Below the pieces are notes generated by a model. That model worked only from the letters and a program-made list of their open reading frames with translations, made no database searches and was not told the DNA's origin. Positions 1 to 6,902 of a stretch of 36,538 bases of DNA are shown here, piece after piece (the first letter of the stretch is position 1; each line of letters opens with the position of its first letter). Made by a program: the position numbers and the translations under genes. The stretch comes from an uncultured Lachnospiraceae bacterium (GTDB taxonomy: Bacteria > Bacillota > Clostridia > Lachnospirales > Lachnospiraceae), in the NCBI GenBank assembly GCA_949457475.1, contig CASUON010000001.1, positions 1 to 36,538 of the forward strand. Direction: 5' to 3'.

Positions 1-50
1 ATCTGTGCGCCTAATTTTGTGATATTGCTATAAAATCTAACCGCACAGGT
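1..50. repeat. Imperfect inverted repeat (REP/MITE-like hairpin) overlapping the 3' end of the WYL gene; probably cut by the window edge
   Basis: ATCTGTGCGCCTAATTTT (1-18) pairs imperfectly with AAAATCTAACCGCACAGGT (32-50). The right arm supplies the last codons (HLCG) and the TAG stop of the WYL ORF. Confidence 0.55.
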
Positions 51-780
51 GGAAAGTTTTTCTTGAATAATCCACAATATCAAAAGACTGGAATAATTCT
101 TTACCGATTCTTTCAGTATTTGTAATGGTGATAGACTGCATTTTATCTATGCGGTAGTGCCGTAAATCATTTGATTTGCTGTCAAATGCGATCAGATAAT
201 AATTATCATCTGATAAAGATACTGCATACGGGCTTGCTGCATATAGCTTTTCAGATTTTATAACAAGTTTCCGCTTTGTGTTCCATTGCAGATATTGGAA
301 TGTAATCTGCTTATTATCAGCAATAGCAGAATAAATATAATCCAGATTTCTTAATACCTTATCATTCATGCTTTTGATTCTTTTGCTTAGCAGAATATTC
401 CTGTTAAGAGATTTGGCATCAAAACTGCTGCCTAAAGATTTTACTTTGCTGATTAGGTCTTTAGACTTTTTTTCTGTCAAAAACTTGGATGCAGCAATAG
501 AATCAATTAAAAATTTCAGTTCGTTTGTATTGAACAGTCTGGAAGGGTGATGATATTTATAATATCCTTTTTCCTGTACACCAATAATTTCAAAATCTGT
601 ATAGTTTAATAAAGAAATAGCTGCATAAATAGTTCTCCGGTCTGCAAATATATTTTTACTTTCCTGATAAGATAATATGTCAGGCATTCTTACATAATGT
701 GTCTTATCCGTTTTTTCCAAGAACAGCTTTTGCAAATATAACGGGATTAATTTTTTACTTTCAGATTTTTCTTTATTCAT
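37..780 (-). CDS. HTH-WYL domain transcriptional regulator (YafY/PafC-like), apparently C-terminally truncated
   Basis: N-terminal HTH-like segment (ADRRTIYAAISLL), linker ELKFLIDSIAASKFLT, WYL-type core (KQITFQY...SPYAVSLSDDNYYLIAFD...LRHYRIDKM). Start moved to ATG 780 (MNKEK), which follows GAGGT. The protein ends abruptly at RKTFHLCG with no C-terminal (WCX-like) domain. Confidence 0.8.
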   Translation of the reverse strand: MNKEKSESKKLIPLYLQKLFLEKTDKTHYVRMPDILSYQESKNIFADRRTIYAAISLLNYTDFEIIGVQEKGYYKYHHPSRLFNTNELKFLIDSIAASKFLTEKKSKDLISKVKSLGSSFDAKSLNRNILLSKRIKSMNDKVLRNLDYIYSAIADNKQITFQYLQWNTKRKLVIKSEKLYAASPYAVSLSDDNYYLIAFDSKSNDLRHYRIDKMQSITITNTERIGKELFQSFDIVDYSRKTFHLCG

Positions 781-824
781 GTAATTTACCTCTGATGGAA
801 CAAGTTTGTTTTTCTTTTGTTTAC

Positions 825-869
825 TGTTATTCTGTTTTGTGTGGCTTGCCACACAAAATCAGAATAACA
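825..869. repeat. Near-perfect 45-bp palindrome (REP-like) in the WYL leader
   Basis: TGTTATTCTG-TTTTGTGTGGC (825-845), TT, GCCACACAAAATCAGAATAACA (848-869): 21 pairs with one bulged base. Confidence 0.85.
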
Positions 870-890
870 AAAGAATGTATAGTTAGGTAT

Positions 891-971
891 AGTATATCAT
901 TGACATGCAGAAAAAAATATAATTTTTTGAATGCTCTATATATAACATATAAGAAATGTCAAAAAATTATA
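891..971 (-). promoter_or_regulatory. Putative extended -10 promoter of the WYL gene with an upstream 13-bp perfect inverted repeat
   Basis: Minus-strand TGATATACT at 891-899. TATAATTTTTTGA (918-930) and TCAAAAAATTATA (959-971) are exact reverse complements with a 28-bp spacer. Confidence 0.45.
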
Positions 972-975
972 AAGC

Positions 976-1560
976 TTATTCAAAAATTAAAGCTTGTTCA
1001 TAAATTGTTCCTATAGTTATGTATATTTCGCCGTATTTCTTTTTGACAGGTTTAATTAAAATTCTAAAACATCCAAATTGTAGGTTAGCAATCGTTTTCA
1101 TTGCTCTGCCAACAGTAGACACACTACAATTTGTAAGTTCGCCTATTTGTTTATAGGTTACAATGTTATCAGGCACTTTAGATAAATCCAGTAATATGAG
1201 AAAAATTTTTAAAAGATTTTCCCATGATATTTTATTTGCAGCAGTCCGTAGCTGGTTATACCATGTTCTTTTCAACCTGGTCTGGTATGGTTTTTCAGAC
1301 ATATTGCTCAATGTAATAGTGTAAATTTTTTTATCTTCTGACATAGTAATATAGTTGTTATTTACAAGATAGTTAAGGGCAGATTTTATTTTGTTCTTGT
1401 TGCCGGACGAGTTTTGTATAGACAGATTTTTACAAAAGGCAGTCAATTCTCCTTTAAAAGTTCCTGTATTGTCAGCCAGTTCTGTGATGATTGCCAAAAT
1501 CTTAAAATGGTTTTTTTCAAGCATAAACCATTCTTTAGAAAAAATAAGTTCATCTTCCAT
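976..1560 (-). CDS. Hypothetical DNA-binding protein, probably two winged-helix/HTH domains
   Basis: C-terminal HTH pattern VTYKQIGELTNCSVSTVGRAMKTI; N-terminal wHTH-like segment KIKSALNYLVNNNYIT. GAAGGA is properly spaced from the second Met (1560), not from 1566. Confidence 0.6.
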   Translation of the reverse strand: MEDELIFSKEWFMLEKNHFKILAIITELADNTGTFKGELTAFCKNLSIQNSSGNKNKIKSALNYLVNNNYITMSEDKKIYTITLSNMSEKPYQTRLKRTWYNQLRTAANKISWENLLKIFLILLDLSKVPDNIVTYKQIGELTNCSVSTVGRAMKTIANLQFGCFRILIKPVKKKYGEIYITIGTIYEQALIFE

Positions 1561-1700
1561 TGTCATTCCTTCTTTTTTGAATTTCTTTTTGTATTTATAC
1601 TAATATTTTATCATAATTTTTGTATGGAATAAAAAATGTGATGAAGTGCCGGATTGAATGAGTAATAGAACTGCAAAGGATTTCATATTATAGAAAATAG

Positions 1701-1734
1701 AAAGCAGCAGTTGGTTTTTAACTGCTGCTTTTTT
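1701..1734. terminator. Rho-independent terminator, likely bidirectional
   Basis: AAAGCAGCAGTT-GGTTTTT-AACTGCTGCTTT stem-loop with T-rich tails on both strands; downstream of the minus-strand TA/pseudogene unit. Confidence 0.8.
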
Positions 1735-1763
1735 AAATTATAATTCATAACTCATCATGGTAT

Positions 1764-1952
1764 TTATGATATATTGGCTTTTCAGTATGTGTTATGGTTT
1801 TTTGCTGCCAGCCGGAATGCTTTTTCCATTGCCGGGGTAAGTTCGGGAGAATCTTCATCATATACAATTTCTCTTTTTGCAACTTAGGATATTTGTTGGA
1901 TTTGCTTTTTTGTTGGTTTTTGTTTTCTATCTAAAATAGCTGTCTGTATCAT
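1764..1952 (-). pseudogene. Small pseudogene (~62 codons) with two in-frame stops, resembling the N-terminal part of BrnA-like antitoxins
   Basis: Manual translation from ATG 1952 (after AAAAGGG): MIQTAILDRKQKPTKKQIQQIS*VAKREIVYDEDSPELTPAMEKAFRLAAKNHNTY*KANIS*. Stops: TAA 1886-1884, TGA 1784-1782. The IVYDEDSPELT motif recalls that family (from memory). Confidence 0.6.
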
Positions 1953-2016
1953 AATTTATACCCTTTTCTTTTTTGGAGAATGCATGTTGTATTATGGAAT
2001 TTTACTTCTAACCTGT

Positions 2017-2415
2017 TTACTGTTGTGTACAGAGATATTCCATAAGCATTCTTGGTGAAAAAATTAACGGATGTTTAATATTAGATTCTAAAAAATCCCT
2101 GTCACCTGTTAGTAATATATCTACATTATTATATATTGCGTCACTTAAAACAGGAATATCTTTTTTATCTCGTATTTCACCCAATACTTTATTTGTACTT
2201 GGGCAGTGTATAAAATCCATGTCATGATATATTTGCAGCAGTCGGGATTCTTTTTGCGGCCATTTCAAATGAAGTTTATCAGTAAATTCTTGATACACAT
2301 AATCAGAAATGTATAGATCATGTCCCATAAGCAGCAGTTTTCCGATTAACTGTTTTGGCATACCGCCAAATACCAAAGATGAAATTAATACATTTGTATC
2401 AATCATTATTTTCAT
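2017..2415 (-). CDS. PIN-domain toxin (VapC-like, PIN_3 type)
   Basis: MKIMIDTNVLIS N-terminal motif, RDKKDIPVL and LLTGDRDFL acidic motifs; 132 aa. Confidence 0.9.
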   Translation of the reverse strand: MKIMIDTNVLISSLVFGGMPKQLIGKLLLMGHDLYISDYVYQEFTDKLHLKWPQKESRLLQIYHDMDFIHCPSTNKVLGEIRDKKDIPVLSDAIYNNVDILLTGDRDFLESNIKHPLIFSPRMLMEYLCTQQ

Positions 2416-2651
2416 ATGGACAGTCTCTCTTTGCGGAAAGCTGCCATATCTTCTAGCATATCATCTTCGGAAAGCCAGCCCTTATCTTCTCCTATAACCT
2501 CTTGAAACTTATCCATTGCTGCTATTGTCTGTATAGCCCGTTCTTTTTTTCTGGTTGCAGACAATAAACGAATATATTCTATGATTATGTCGTAATCTTC
2601 ATCATTCAATGTATTCAACATATCATTCAACAGAATTGCTTTTGGTGACAT
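2412..2651 (-). CDS. Putative antitoxin of the PIN toxin
   Basis: 79-aa acidic ORF directly upstream of the PIN gene with a 4-bp ATGA overlap, strong RBS (GGGGGAGGG) and extended -10 TGATATAAT at 2688-2696. Confidence 0.7.
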   Translation of the reverse strand: MSPKAILLNDMLNTLNDEDYDIIIEYIRLLSATRKKERAIQTIAAMDKFQEVIGEDKGWLSEDDMLEDMAAFRKERLSI

Positions 2652-2933
2652 ATAATTCCCTCCCCCTTACAAATTAGGTTTATTAGTATTATATCAGATA
2701 ACTTTGAATACGTATATAATATATCATTTTAAGAAAGTTTTAAATAGTATTTTGCAAATATTTATAATAAGTGAATCATAATGCAGCAGTTAAGATGTAC
2801 TTAATTGTATTATGACATTGAATTATATTGAATAATTGTGGATAATTCAAAAAAGTTCTTCCAGAGTTGTTGTTAGTTAATAAAAAGAATCCCTTGCAAA
2901 TACAGGCTTTCGGAGGTAAAATAAAGATAGAAA

Positions 2934-3001
2934 AAAGTACACTTTGCAGAAAGTACACTTTATAGGGATAAGAAAGATTGTAAAAGAAGAAAGTACACTT
3001 T
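2934..3001. repeat. Three exact copies of AAAGTACACTTT
   Basis: Copies at 2934-2945, 2950-2961 and 2990-3001; each is a quasi-palindrome (AAAGT-AC-ACTTT). Confidence 0.9.
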
Positions 3002-3010
3002 TCTTCCACT

Positions 3011-3046
3011 AAAAAAGAGGACAGACACCGCATGTCCATCCTCTTT
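3011..3046 (-). terminator. Rho-independent terminator of the rubrerythrin gene
   Basis: Minus strand AAAGAGGATGGACA-TGCGG-TGTCTGTCCTCTTTTTT, just after the stop at 3070. Confidence 0.85.
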
Positions 3047-3069
3047 CCATTTAAAATTCCTTACAAATC

Positions 3070-3612
3070 CTAGCCAAAGTATCTCTTTAACAGACCAGCG
3101 AAAGCTTTTCCATGTCTAGCCTCATCGCGTGCCATCTCATGTACAGTGTCATGGATTGCATCAAGATTTAAAGCCTTAGCACGTTTTGCAAGGTCTGTTT
3201 TGCCATCTGTTGCGCCGTTTTCAGCAGCTACGCGCATTTCCAGGTTTTTCTTTGTGCTGTCTGTAACAACCTCACCAAGAAGTTCAGCAAATTTTGCAGC
3301 GTGTTCAGCTTCTTCAAAAGCTGCTTTTTCCCAGTAAAGCCCGATTTCAGGATATCCTTCCCTATGTGCAACGCGTGACATAGCTAGGTACATACCTACT
3401 TCAGAACATTCACCGTTGAAATTTGCCCTTAAATCTTCCAGGATATCATCCGGAGCGCCCTTTGCAACACCTACTACGTGTTCAGCAGCCCAGGTTGTCT
3501 CACCTTCTTGTTTTGTGAATTTTTCCGCTGGTGCTTTACATACTGGACATTGATCCGGTGCGGAATCCCCTTCATGAACATAACCACATACTTGACATAC
3601 AAATTTAGCCAT
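3070..3612 (-). CDS. rbr: Reverse rubrerythrin (NADH peroxidase; N-terminal rubredoxin domain plus ferritin-like diiron domain)
   Basis: CQVCGY...CPVC rubredoxin motif at the N-terminus; EEAEHA and DEARHG diiron motifs. Start set at ATG 3612 (MAKFVC) after AAGGAG. Confidence 0.95.
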   Translation of the reverse strand: MAKFVCQVCGYVHEGDSAPDQCPVCKAPAEKFTKQEGETTWAAEHVVGVAKGAPDDILEDLRANFNGECSEVGMYLAMSRVAHREGYPEIGLYWEKAAFEEAEHAAKFAELLGEVVTDSTKKNLEMRVAAENGATDGKTDLAKRAKALNLDAIHDTVHEMARDEARHGKAFAGLLKRYFG

Positions 3613-3726
3613 TTTTATCTCCTTTTCATAATTAAAATTTTGTTCAGTTTGAACCAAATACTGTCTGTCAGACCAGCCACAGATTCTATCAATACTGTGA
3701 AAGCTGGATCGTAACCTGCTGATAAT

Positions 3727-3779
3727 TTTATAACATATTTCTTGAATTGTGTCAATAATAAAATAGGAATTATTATTGA
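3727..3779 (-). promoter_or_regulatory. SigA promoter of rbr with overlapping inverted repeat (candidate PerR operator)
   Basis: Minus strand TTGACA (3755-3750), 17 bp, TATAAA (3732-3727) with upstream TG. Perfect IR TCAATAATAA-8-TTATTATTGA (3752-3779) overlaps the -35. Confidence 0.75.
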
Positions 3780-3800
3780 TTTACAAAAATTAGCACCGGT

Positions 3801-4202
3801 TTAGCCGGTTTGTTTACCTGCAGTGGCTTTAGCCGCACATGTAGGGCATTTTCCATAAAAGTGGGTAACATGCCCTTCAATTGTGCCTGTAAAATTATGG
3901 GCAGCCAGTAAATTAATATGGTCTATGGAACCCATTTCTAAATCTCGGACTGCGCCGCATTCCATGCATACAAAATGATAATGAGGAACAAGGTTTCCGT
4001 CAAATCGATCCGGCCCATCCAATGTAGTAATTCTGCGGATTTCACCTATATCGCTTAATAATGACAGATTGCGGTACACAGTTCCAAGGCTGACCGCAGG
4101 GTAATCGGATTGAATTTTCTGATAAATTTCTTCTGCGGTAGGATGGCTCTTTGTGGAGCGCAAATACAGAAGAATGCTTTCCCGCTGTCTGCTGTAATTC
4201 AT
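3801..4202 (-). CDS. perR: Fur-family transcriptional repressor, probably PerR
   Basis: HPTAEEIY, SLGTVYRNL, HYHFVCMECG and CPTC Fur-family motifs; adjacent to reverse rubrerythrin. Start set at ATG 4202 after AGGAG. Confidence 0.85.
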   Translation of the reverse strand: MNYSRQRESILLYLRSTKSHPTAEEIYQKIQSDYPAVSLGTVYRNLSLLSDIGEIRRITTLDGPDRFDGNLVPHYHFVCMECGAVRDLEMGSIDHINLLAAHNFTGTIEGHVTHFYGKCPTCAAKATAGKQTG

Positions 4203-4222
4203 ATATGCATCTCCTAGAAAAT

Positions 4223-4263
4223 AATAATCATTATCATTATAAAGCAGAAATAGCAAAAGTCAA
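4223..4263 (-). promoter_or_regulatory. Promoter of the Fur-family gene with overlapping Fur/Per-type box (autoregulation)
   Basis: Minus strand TTGACT (4263-4258), 16 bp, TATAAT (4241-4236). TATAATGATAATGATTATT (4241-4223) matches the Fur box GATAATGATAATCATTATC at 16/19. Confidence 0.75.
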
Positions 4264-4352
4264 TAAAAAATGAATGAAAAATATTTTCCAGGTATTATTT
4301 TAAAACTGATTCATACATTATAATAACTAAATAGGATTGGGGTATTCATTGT

Positions 4353-6182
4353 ATGAAACGATTTGTCAGCTACTTGTATTCCATTTATAACAATCAGAAA
4401 ATCCATAATTCCGGATTTGCCAGGATCGAACTACGTACCGGACGTAACCGTATTGACATCCATTTGCAGGAGAGTGGATATACTGGTAAAACTGGTACGG
4501 TTTATTTATTTGTCAGAAAGAAGGAAAATATACAAGGAATTTCGATTGGAACGATTACTTTCCGCAACAATCAGGGGGATTTCCGTTATGAACAACCAGA
4601 AGAAAATATTGGACAGACACCATGGCGGATTATGCAGATGAATGGAATAGCAATTCTGATCGATAACCAGATTACTTTTTTGAGCCAGTGGGATGAAGAA
4701 CCGGTAGATACGACACGCTTTCAAGTATGGGATATAAAAAAGGAAGAAGAAGCTGCTAAACGTCAAAATAATAATGGAGCGCAGCAGGAAGAAGAAGCTG
4801 CCAAGCGTCAAAATGGTAATGTGGCGCAGCAGGAAGAAGAAGCTGCCAAGCGCCAACAAAATAGTAATGTGGCGCAGCAGGAAGAAGAAGCTGCCAAGCG
4901 CCAAAATAGTAATAGAGCGCAGCCGGCAGAAGAAACAATAACATCCGCAACGGAGGACGCCGGCCATTTTGCAGATGCTTTGCCGGTGCAGAATGTGCAG
5001 GATGCGGTAAATACCATGCAGCCGGGGCAGAACCTGCAACAGAGGCAGATCAGACAGGGGTACATGGCTCAGTATGCAGGAAACCAGATACTGCAAAATC
5101 AGAATATGACGCAGCAAATGGCACAATCGCGGCAAATGGGACAAAATATGCCAAGACAGATGACAAACGGCCAGCAGCAGTTCCCAAATGTGCAGCAGCC
5201 TCGAGTGCAAAACCAACCCTTAAGTCCGCAGCAACCGAAAAAGGGCCAACTGCAAAACCCACAACAGCTTCAAATGGACCAACCGCAAAATCTACAACAG
5301 CCTCAAATGGACCAACCGCAAAACCCACAACAGCTTCAAATGAGCCAGCCTCAGAACCTGCAGCAATCCCAAATGCAGGGGCAACCGCAAAAAGCGCAGC
5401 AATCCCTGATGGGTCAGCCCCAAATGCAGGGCCAACTCCAAAAAACGCAGCAACCCCGGAACATGCCGCAAATCCAGCCGTATAGCCAAACGATACCGCA
5501 GTCTCAAAATATCCAGCAAGGCCAGCCAATAACGCTTGGGCATGCAACCCAGCATATAGGAAAAGTGCAGCCGCAATATGAAACGATACCGCAGGCGCAT
5601 GCGGCACATGCAGAAAATGAAACCAATGCGCAAAGCGAACTCCAGCTTCAAAATCAAGGGATCATGCAAAACCTGCCCGTGCAGAAGGGGCAGGTAAAGT
5701 ATATGGAGGGCGCAGAGCAAAAGGAACGGGAAACACAAAAAACGCAGGCTGTGCAGCCGGAACAGGAAGTACAGCAGCCTAACGCTTCTACGATACATAC
5801 TGCTGAACTGTGCCCCCAGCCTGATACGCCGCATTGGGAACAGACCTGGCGCTATATGCTGCGCGTTTATCCTGTACTTAACCAGTTTGCAGAAAAAGAC
5901 AACGTACTTTGCGTACGGATTGAAATCAAGGACGTGCGCCTGCTGCCGGATAAATACTGGAGTGTAGTAAATAATAGCTTTTTGCTGCACGGATTTTTTA
6001 ATTACCGGTATCTCATATTTGGAAAAATCGGGCAAAACTGGATGATAGGGATACCAGGCGTCTATCAGAACCAGGAACATGTCATGGCTTCTGTGTTTGG
6101 ATTTCCGGATTTTCTGGCGCAGGAGCAGAAAAACGAACGTGGAGAGCAGCCAGGGTATTGGTACCGCATTTTGGATATTTAA
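4353..6182 (+). CDS. DUF6128-like protein with long Gln-rich, repeat-containing linker
   Basis: Globular N-terminus (RFVSYLY...NSGFARIE) and C-terminus (NNSFLLHGFFNYRYLI...IGIPGVY...GYWY) around ~350 aa of low-complexity Q/P/N sequence. Family name is from recall. Confidence 0.7.
   Translation: MKRFVSYLYSIYNNQKIHNSGFARIELRTGRNRIDIHLQESGYTGKTGTVYLFVRKKENIQGISIGTITFRNNQGDFRYEQPEENIGQTPWRIMQMNGIAILIDNQITFLSQWDEEPVDTTRFQVWDIKKEEEAAKRQNNNGAQQEEEAAKRQNGNVAQQEEEAAKRQQNSNVAQQEEEAAKRQNSNRAQPAEETITSATEDAGHFADALPVQNVQDAVNTMQPGQNLQQRQIRQGYMAQYAGNQILQNQNMTQQMAQSRQMGQNMPRQMTNGQQQFPNVQQPRVQNQPLSPQQPKKGQLQNPQQLQMDQPQNLQQPQMDQPQNPQQLQMSQPQNLQQSQMQGQPQKAQQSLMGQPQMQGQLQKTQQPRNMPQIQPYSQTIPQSQNIQQGQPITLGHATQHIGKVQPQYETIPQAHAAHAENETNAQSELQLQNQGIMQNLPVQKGQVKYMEGAEQKERETQKTQAVQPEQEVQQPNASTIHTAELCPQPDTPHWEQTWRYMLRVYPVLNQFAEKDNVLCVRIEIKDVRLLPDKYWSVVNNSFLLHGFFNYRYLIFGKIGQNWMIGIPGVYQNQEHVMASVFGFPDFLAQEQKNERGEQPGYWYRILDI
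4743..4925 (+). repeat. Intragenic tandem repeat, 4 x 45-48 bp (EEEAAKRQNxNxAQQ)
   Basis: Units start at 4743, 4788, 4833 and 4881 with GAAGAAGAAGCTGC. Confidence 0.9.
5247..5378 (+). repeat. Intragenic tandem repeat, 4 x 33 bp (QPQNxQQxQMx), with degenerate copies following
   Basis: CAACTGCAAAACCCACAACAGCTTCAAATGGAC and three variants in tandem. Confidence 0.85.
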
Positions 6183-6739
6183 GAAGAAAGGTTGTCATGT
6201 TGTAAAATACTGTATACCAGATGGTCTTGCCAAGTTCCTCCTATAAACGCACATTCCCGTGCAATACCTTCCAGATGGAAACCGACGCGTTCTACCAGGC
6301 GGATAGACGACGTATTTTCCGGCATAATACGGGCTGTAATGCGGTGCAGGCGCATTTCGAAAAAAGCAATTTCCAACGATTTGCTAAGCGCTTCGCATGC
6401 ATAGCCATGGTGCCAGGAAAGTTGATCAAATTTATAGCCAATTTCACAGCATTGATAGATTGTGCGTATGATATCACGAAAACAGACCGTACCAATAATA
6501 TGGGAAGGGTCTGTTTTTTCATAAATCCAGAAACGCACGGCGTTTTGTTTGATAAATAAGTTGTATTCATAGTTTAAAATACGCTGCTGGTAGTCTTTTG
6601 TATAAAAATTTTCCGGTCGTTCGGCTTCATAATGTTCAAAAATCTCACGGTTTGATAAATAAAAATATAATACATCGTTTGCGTATTTCCCATCCAAAAC
6701 TTTCATAAGCAGCCGCTGTGTCTCGTAAAGAAATTTCAT
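6179..6739 (-). CDS. GNAT N-acetyltransferase, RimJ/RimL family
   Basis: YETQRLLM, EIGYKF...HHGYA, LHRITARIMPENTSSIRLVERVGF, WQDHLVYS. Start set at ATG 6739 after GGAGG. Confidence 0.9.
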   Translation of the reverse strand: MKFLYETQRLLMKVLDGKYANDVLYFYLSNREIFEHYEAERPENFYTKDYQQRILNYEYNLFIKQNAVRFWIYEKTDPSHIIGTVCFRDIIRTIYQCCEIGYKFDQLSWHHGYACEALSKSLEIAFFEMRLHRITARIMPENTSSIRLVERVGFHLEGIARECAFIGGTWQDHLVYSILQHDNLSS

Positions 6740-6902
6740 AAAATTACCAGCCTCCACAATAAATTTTCCGCAAACTAGGAAGCGCGGATTGAGGAAATGA
6801 ATTTTCAAACACGCTCTAGTATAGTATAATAAATAAAATTCTTCAAGATATTTTCTGAAACGCTAGTAATTAGGCCAATACGCTAAAAGACAGGAGTACA
6901 AC

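Noticed and set aside
699-1016. 105-aa plus-strand ORF and the 24-aa N-terminal extension of the WYL ORF (781-852)
   Set aside because: Both run through the palindrome/promoter region; ATG 780 has a proper RBS.
2805-2833. Possible dif site (TTATATTGAAT resembles a XerD arm)
   Set aside because: No acceptable XerC arm ending in ATAA at 6-bp spacing; such matches are common in AT-rich DNA.
2837-2845. Perfect DnaA box as evidence for oriC
   Set aside because: Single box, no cluster and no dnaA/dnaN neighbourhood.
2776-3039. 87-aa minus-strand ORF
   Set aside because: Starts inside the rbr terminator, crosses the repeat region, no RBS, composition typical of AT-rich non-coding DNA.
4743-5378. 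Tandem repeats considered as a CRISPR array
   Set aside because: Units are in-frame multiples of 3 inside a CDS, with no unique spacers and no cas genes.
4506-6080. Long antisense ORFs (236, 185 and 262 aa) opposite the Gln-rich gene
   Set aside because: Leu- or Ala-rich products expected from reversed CAG/CAA repeats lacking stops.
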